Shown here piece after piece: positions 62,439 through 64,000 of a DNA stretch of 64,000 nucleotides. Source of the stretch: Bryobacteraceae bacterium (lineage in GTDB: Bacteria > Acidobacteriota > Terriglobia > Bryobacterales > Bryobacteraceae); NCBI GenBank assembly GCA_041484525.1, contig JBGPHT010000015.1:7307-71306 (forward strand), written 5' to 3'. Below the pieces are notes generated by a model. That model ran no database searches, was not told the origin of the DNA, and was given only the letters and a program-made list of their open reading frames with translations. Position numbers and translations under genes: made by a program. Within the stretch, counting starts at the first letter, position 1. Each line of letters begins with the position of its first letter.

Positions 62439-63305
62439 ATGGACGTCCATCTAGTCGACGGCACATACGAGTTGTTCCGGCATTTCTACGCGCTGCCGTC
62501 GGCACGCGATCAGGACGGTCGCGAGATCGCCGCTGTCCGGGGAGTACTCGGGTCGGTGCTGGGCATGATCAAGGACGGCGCCACTCACGTCGCCGTCGCG
62601 ACCGACCACATCATCGAGTCGTTCCGCAATGATCTGTGGCCTGGTTATAAGACCGGCGAAGGCATCGAACCCGACCTGTTGGCGCAGTTCCAACTCCTCG
62701 AAGACGCCCTCTCGGCAGCCGGCGTGACGGTTTGGCCGATGGTGGAGTTCGAGGCAGATGATGCGCTGGCTGCGGGAGCGGCGGCAGCGGCTCGCGATGC
62801 GCGGGTCGAGCGCGTGATCGTCTGCACGCCGGACAAGGACCTCGCGCAATGTGTACGCGGTAAGCGCGTAGTCCAGATCAATCGCCGGACGCGCGTGACG
62901 TACGACGAGGCTGGCGTGATCCAAAAGTTTGGCGTCCCGCCGGCGTCGATCCCCGACTACCTGGCGCTGGTCGGCGACGCAGCCGATGGCTACCCGGGCC
63001 TGCCAGGCTGGGGGGCGAAATCGTCGGCTGCGGTTCTCGCCAAGTTCGGACATATCGAGTCCATCCCCGCGGACTGGCGCGAATGGCACGTGAACGCCTC
63101 GAGCGCGAGTACCCTGGCACAGACGCTCGAGCGCGAACGCGAACGCGCACTGCTGTTCCGAACTCTTGCCACGCTCCGCACCGACATCCCGCTCTTCGAC
63201 GACGTGGACGAACTGCAGTGGAAGGCGCCCACCTCCGCTTTTGCCGCGCTCGGCGCCCGATTTGACGCGGCCGTCACCAAGACCTCGCGGCGCCCCGGCC
63301 GATAG
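62439..63305 (+). CDS. 5'-3' exonuclease / flap endonuclease (Pol I N-terminal-domain family)
   Basis: MDVHLVDGTYELFRHFYALP, VATDHIIESFRNDLWPGYK, EADDALAA, TPDKDLAQ and PDYLALVGDAADGYPGLPGWGAKSSAAVL (H3TH). The start is set at ATG 62439. Confidence 0.8.
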   Translation: MDVHLVDGTYELFRHFYALPSARDQDGREIAAVRGVLGSVLGMIKDGATHVAVATDHIIESFRNDLWPGYKTGEGIEPDLLAQFQLLEDALSAAGVTVWPMVEFEADDALAAGAAAAARDARVERVIVCTPDKDLAQCVRGKRVVQINRRTRVTYDEAGVIQKFGVPPASIPDYLALVGDAADGYPGLPGWGAKSSAAVLAKFGHIESIPADWREWHVNASSASTLAQTLERERERALLFRTLATLRTDIPLFDDVDELQWKAPTSAFAALGARFDAAVTKTSRRPGR

Positions 63306-63324
63306 TGCAACAATCAAAATCCGG

Positions 63325-64000
63325 ATGTCAGAAAAAGCTGTCGATCTCTGGGCGTTGAGCGATCTTTGCACGCCGTGGTGCGTCCACGTAGTGGCGACCC
63401 TGCGAATCGCCAACCATATCGCCGCGGGCATCGACAAAATCGACGACCTGGCCGCGGCGGCAAAGTGCGATTCCGATGTCCTCCACAGCGTGCTCGGACA
63501 TCTGGTGAGCAGAGGCGTCTTTCAGGAACCGGAGCCCGGCCGATTCGCGCTGAACGAAGCCGCCCAGGGGCTGCTCGACCCGGCGTCGCTTCTGGGCCTT
63601 GACCTGGAGGGCCTCGGCGGCCGTATGGCTTACGCATGGGGCAGCCTCCTCAGCTACGTCCGGACGGGCGCTCCCGCCTACCGCGAGATTTTCGGCCTGC
63701 CATTCTTTGAGGACCTGGACGCCCATCCGGAGATCGGGGCGAGCTTCGACGCGCTCATCGGGCCGCCGGGACACGGCGTTCCCAACCCGGAGTTTGAAAT
63801 CACCGGTGGCTGGGAGACGGTCCGGACGGTGGTCGACGTGGGCGGCGGTACGGGAGCGATGCTGGCTGAGATCCTGCGCGCCCGGCCGCAGATTCACGGC
63901 ACGCTGGTCGATTTGCCGAGGCCTGTGGCTCGCTCCGCCGAGACGTTCCGCTCGGCCGGCGTCACCGATCGGGTCACGACGCTCGGGCAAAGCTTCTTCG
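63325..64000 (+). CDS. Class I O-methyltransferase (family 2, with an N-terminal dimerisation/wHTH domain). The 3' end runs off the right edge.
   Basis: Hand translation from ATG 63325 gives MSEKAVDLWALSDLCTPWCVHVVATLRIANHI...VVDVGGGTGAMLAEIL...GTLVDLP. The ORF track omits it because there is no stop in the window. Confidence 0.7.
   Translation, partial: MSEKAVDLWALSDLCTPWCVHVVATLRIANHIAAGIDKIDDLAAAAKCDSDVLHSVLGHLVSRGVFQEPEPGRFALNEAAQGLLDPASLLGLDLEGLGGRMAYAWGSLLSYVRTGAPAYREIFGLPFFEDLDAHPEIGASFDALIGPPGHGVPNPEFEITGGWETVRTVVDVGGGTGAMLAEILRARPQIHGTLVDLPRPVARSAETFRSAGVTDRVTTLGQSFF

Overview
High-GC bacterial chromosomal DNA (about 65-67% on hand-counted sample lines). It is best explained as Acidobacteriota, because it carries one intact and one broken ADOP-type duplicated FtsX/MacB-like permease. 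I call about 50 genes or pseudogenes and saw no rRNA, tRNA or CRISPR. The backbone is a very large surface-polysaccharide (EPS/LPS-like) locus. It holds GT9, GT-C, several GT4/GT1 enzymes and a GT2-methyltransferase fusion, plus five further methyltransferases and a Wzy/O-antigen-ligase-like membrane protein. It also holds an EpsB/WbaP-type initiating sugar transferase, WecB, a DegT aminotransferase, and two AsnB-type amidotransferases flanking a radical SAM/SPASM gene. Further members are a heparinase II/III-like protein, a fused ADH + Gfo/Idh/MocA oxidoreductase, and a complete, translationally coupled GDP-D-glycero-alpha-D-manno-heptose operon (hddC-gmhA-gmhB-hddA) followed by a transaldolase. 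A separate HldA-type heptose kinase is also present. Accessory material is interspersed through this backbone. (1) A lower-GC restriction-modification-like island (21.0-23.6 kb) pairs a beta-class SPPF DNA methyltransferase with an unusual putative nuclease-HEAT-repeat fusion. (2) A 10.3-kb three-gene operon (38.85-49.16 kb) encodes a phage-tail-fibre-like repeat protein and two tandem paralogous ~1260-aa secreted proteins with no recognisable enzyme motifs. This operon is my top candidate for an undescribed system. (3) A lower-GC plasmid-like remnant (58.9-60.7 kb) has a truncated parA and a winged-helix Rep-like gene studded with CTAC[AT]GTGG motifs, and it is fused head-to-head to a truncated, frameshifted ADOP permease. 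(4) There are three type II toxin-antitoxin modules: DUF1778/GNAT, Phd/VapC, and a decaying AbrB/RelE-like pair. (5) Two copies of a ~105-bp GC-rich palindromic intergenic element sit between convergent genes. All functional calls come from motif recognition by eye, and no database search was run.
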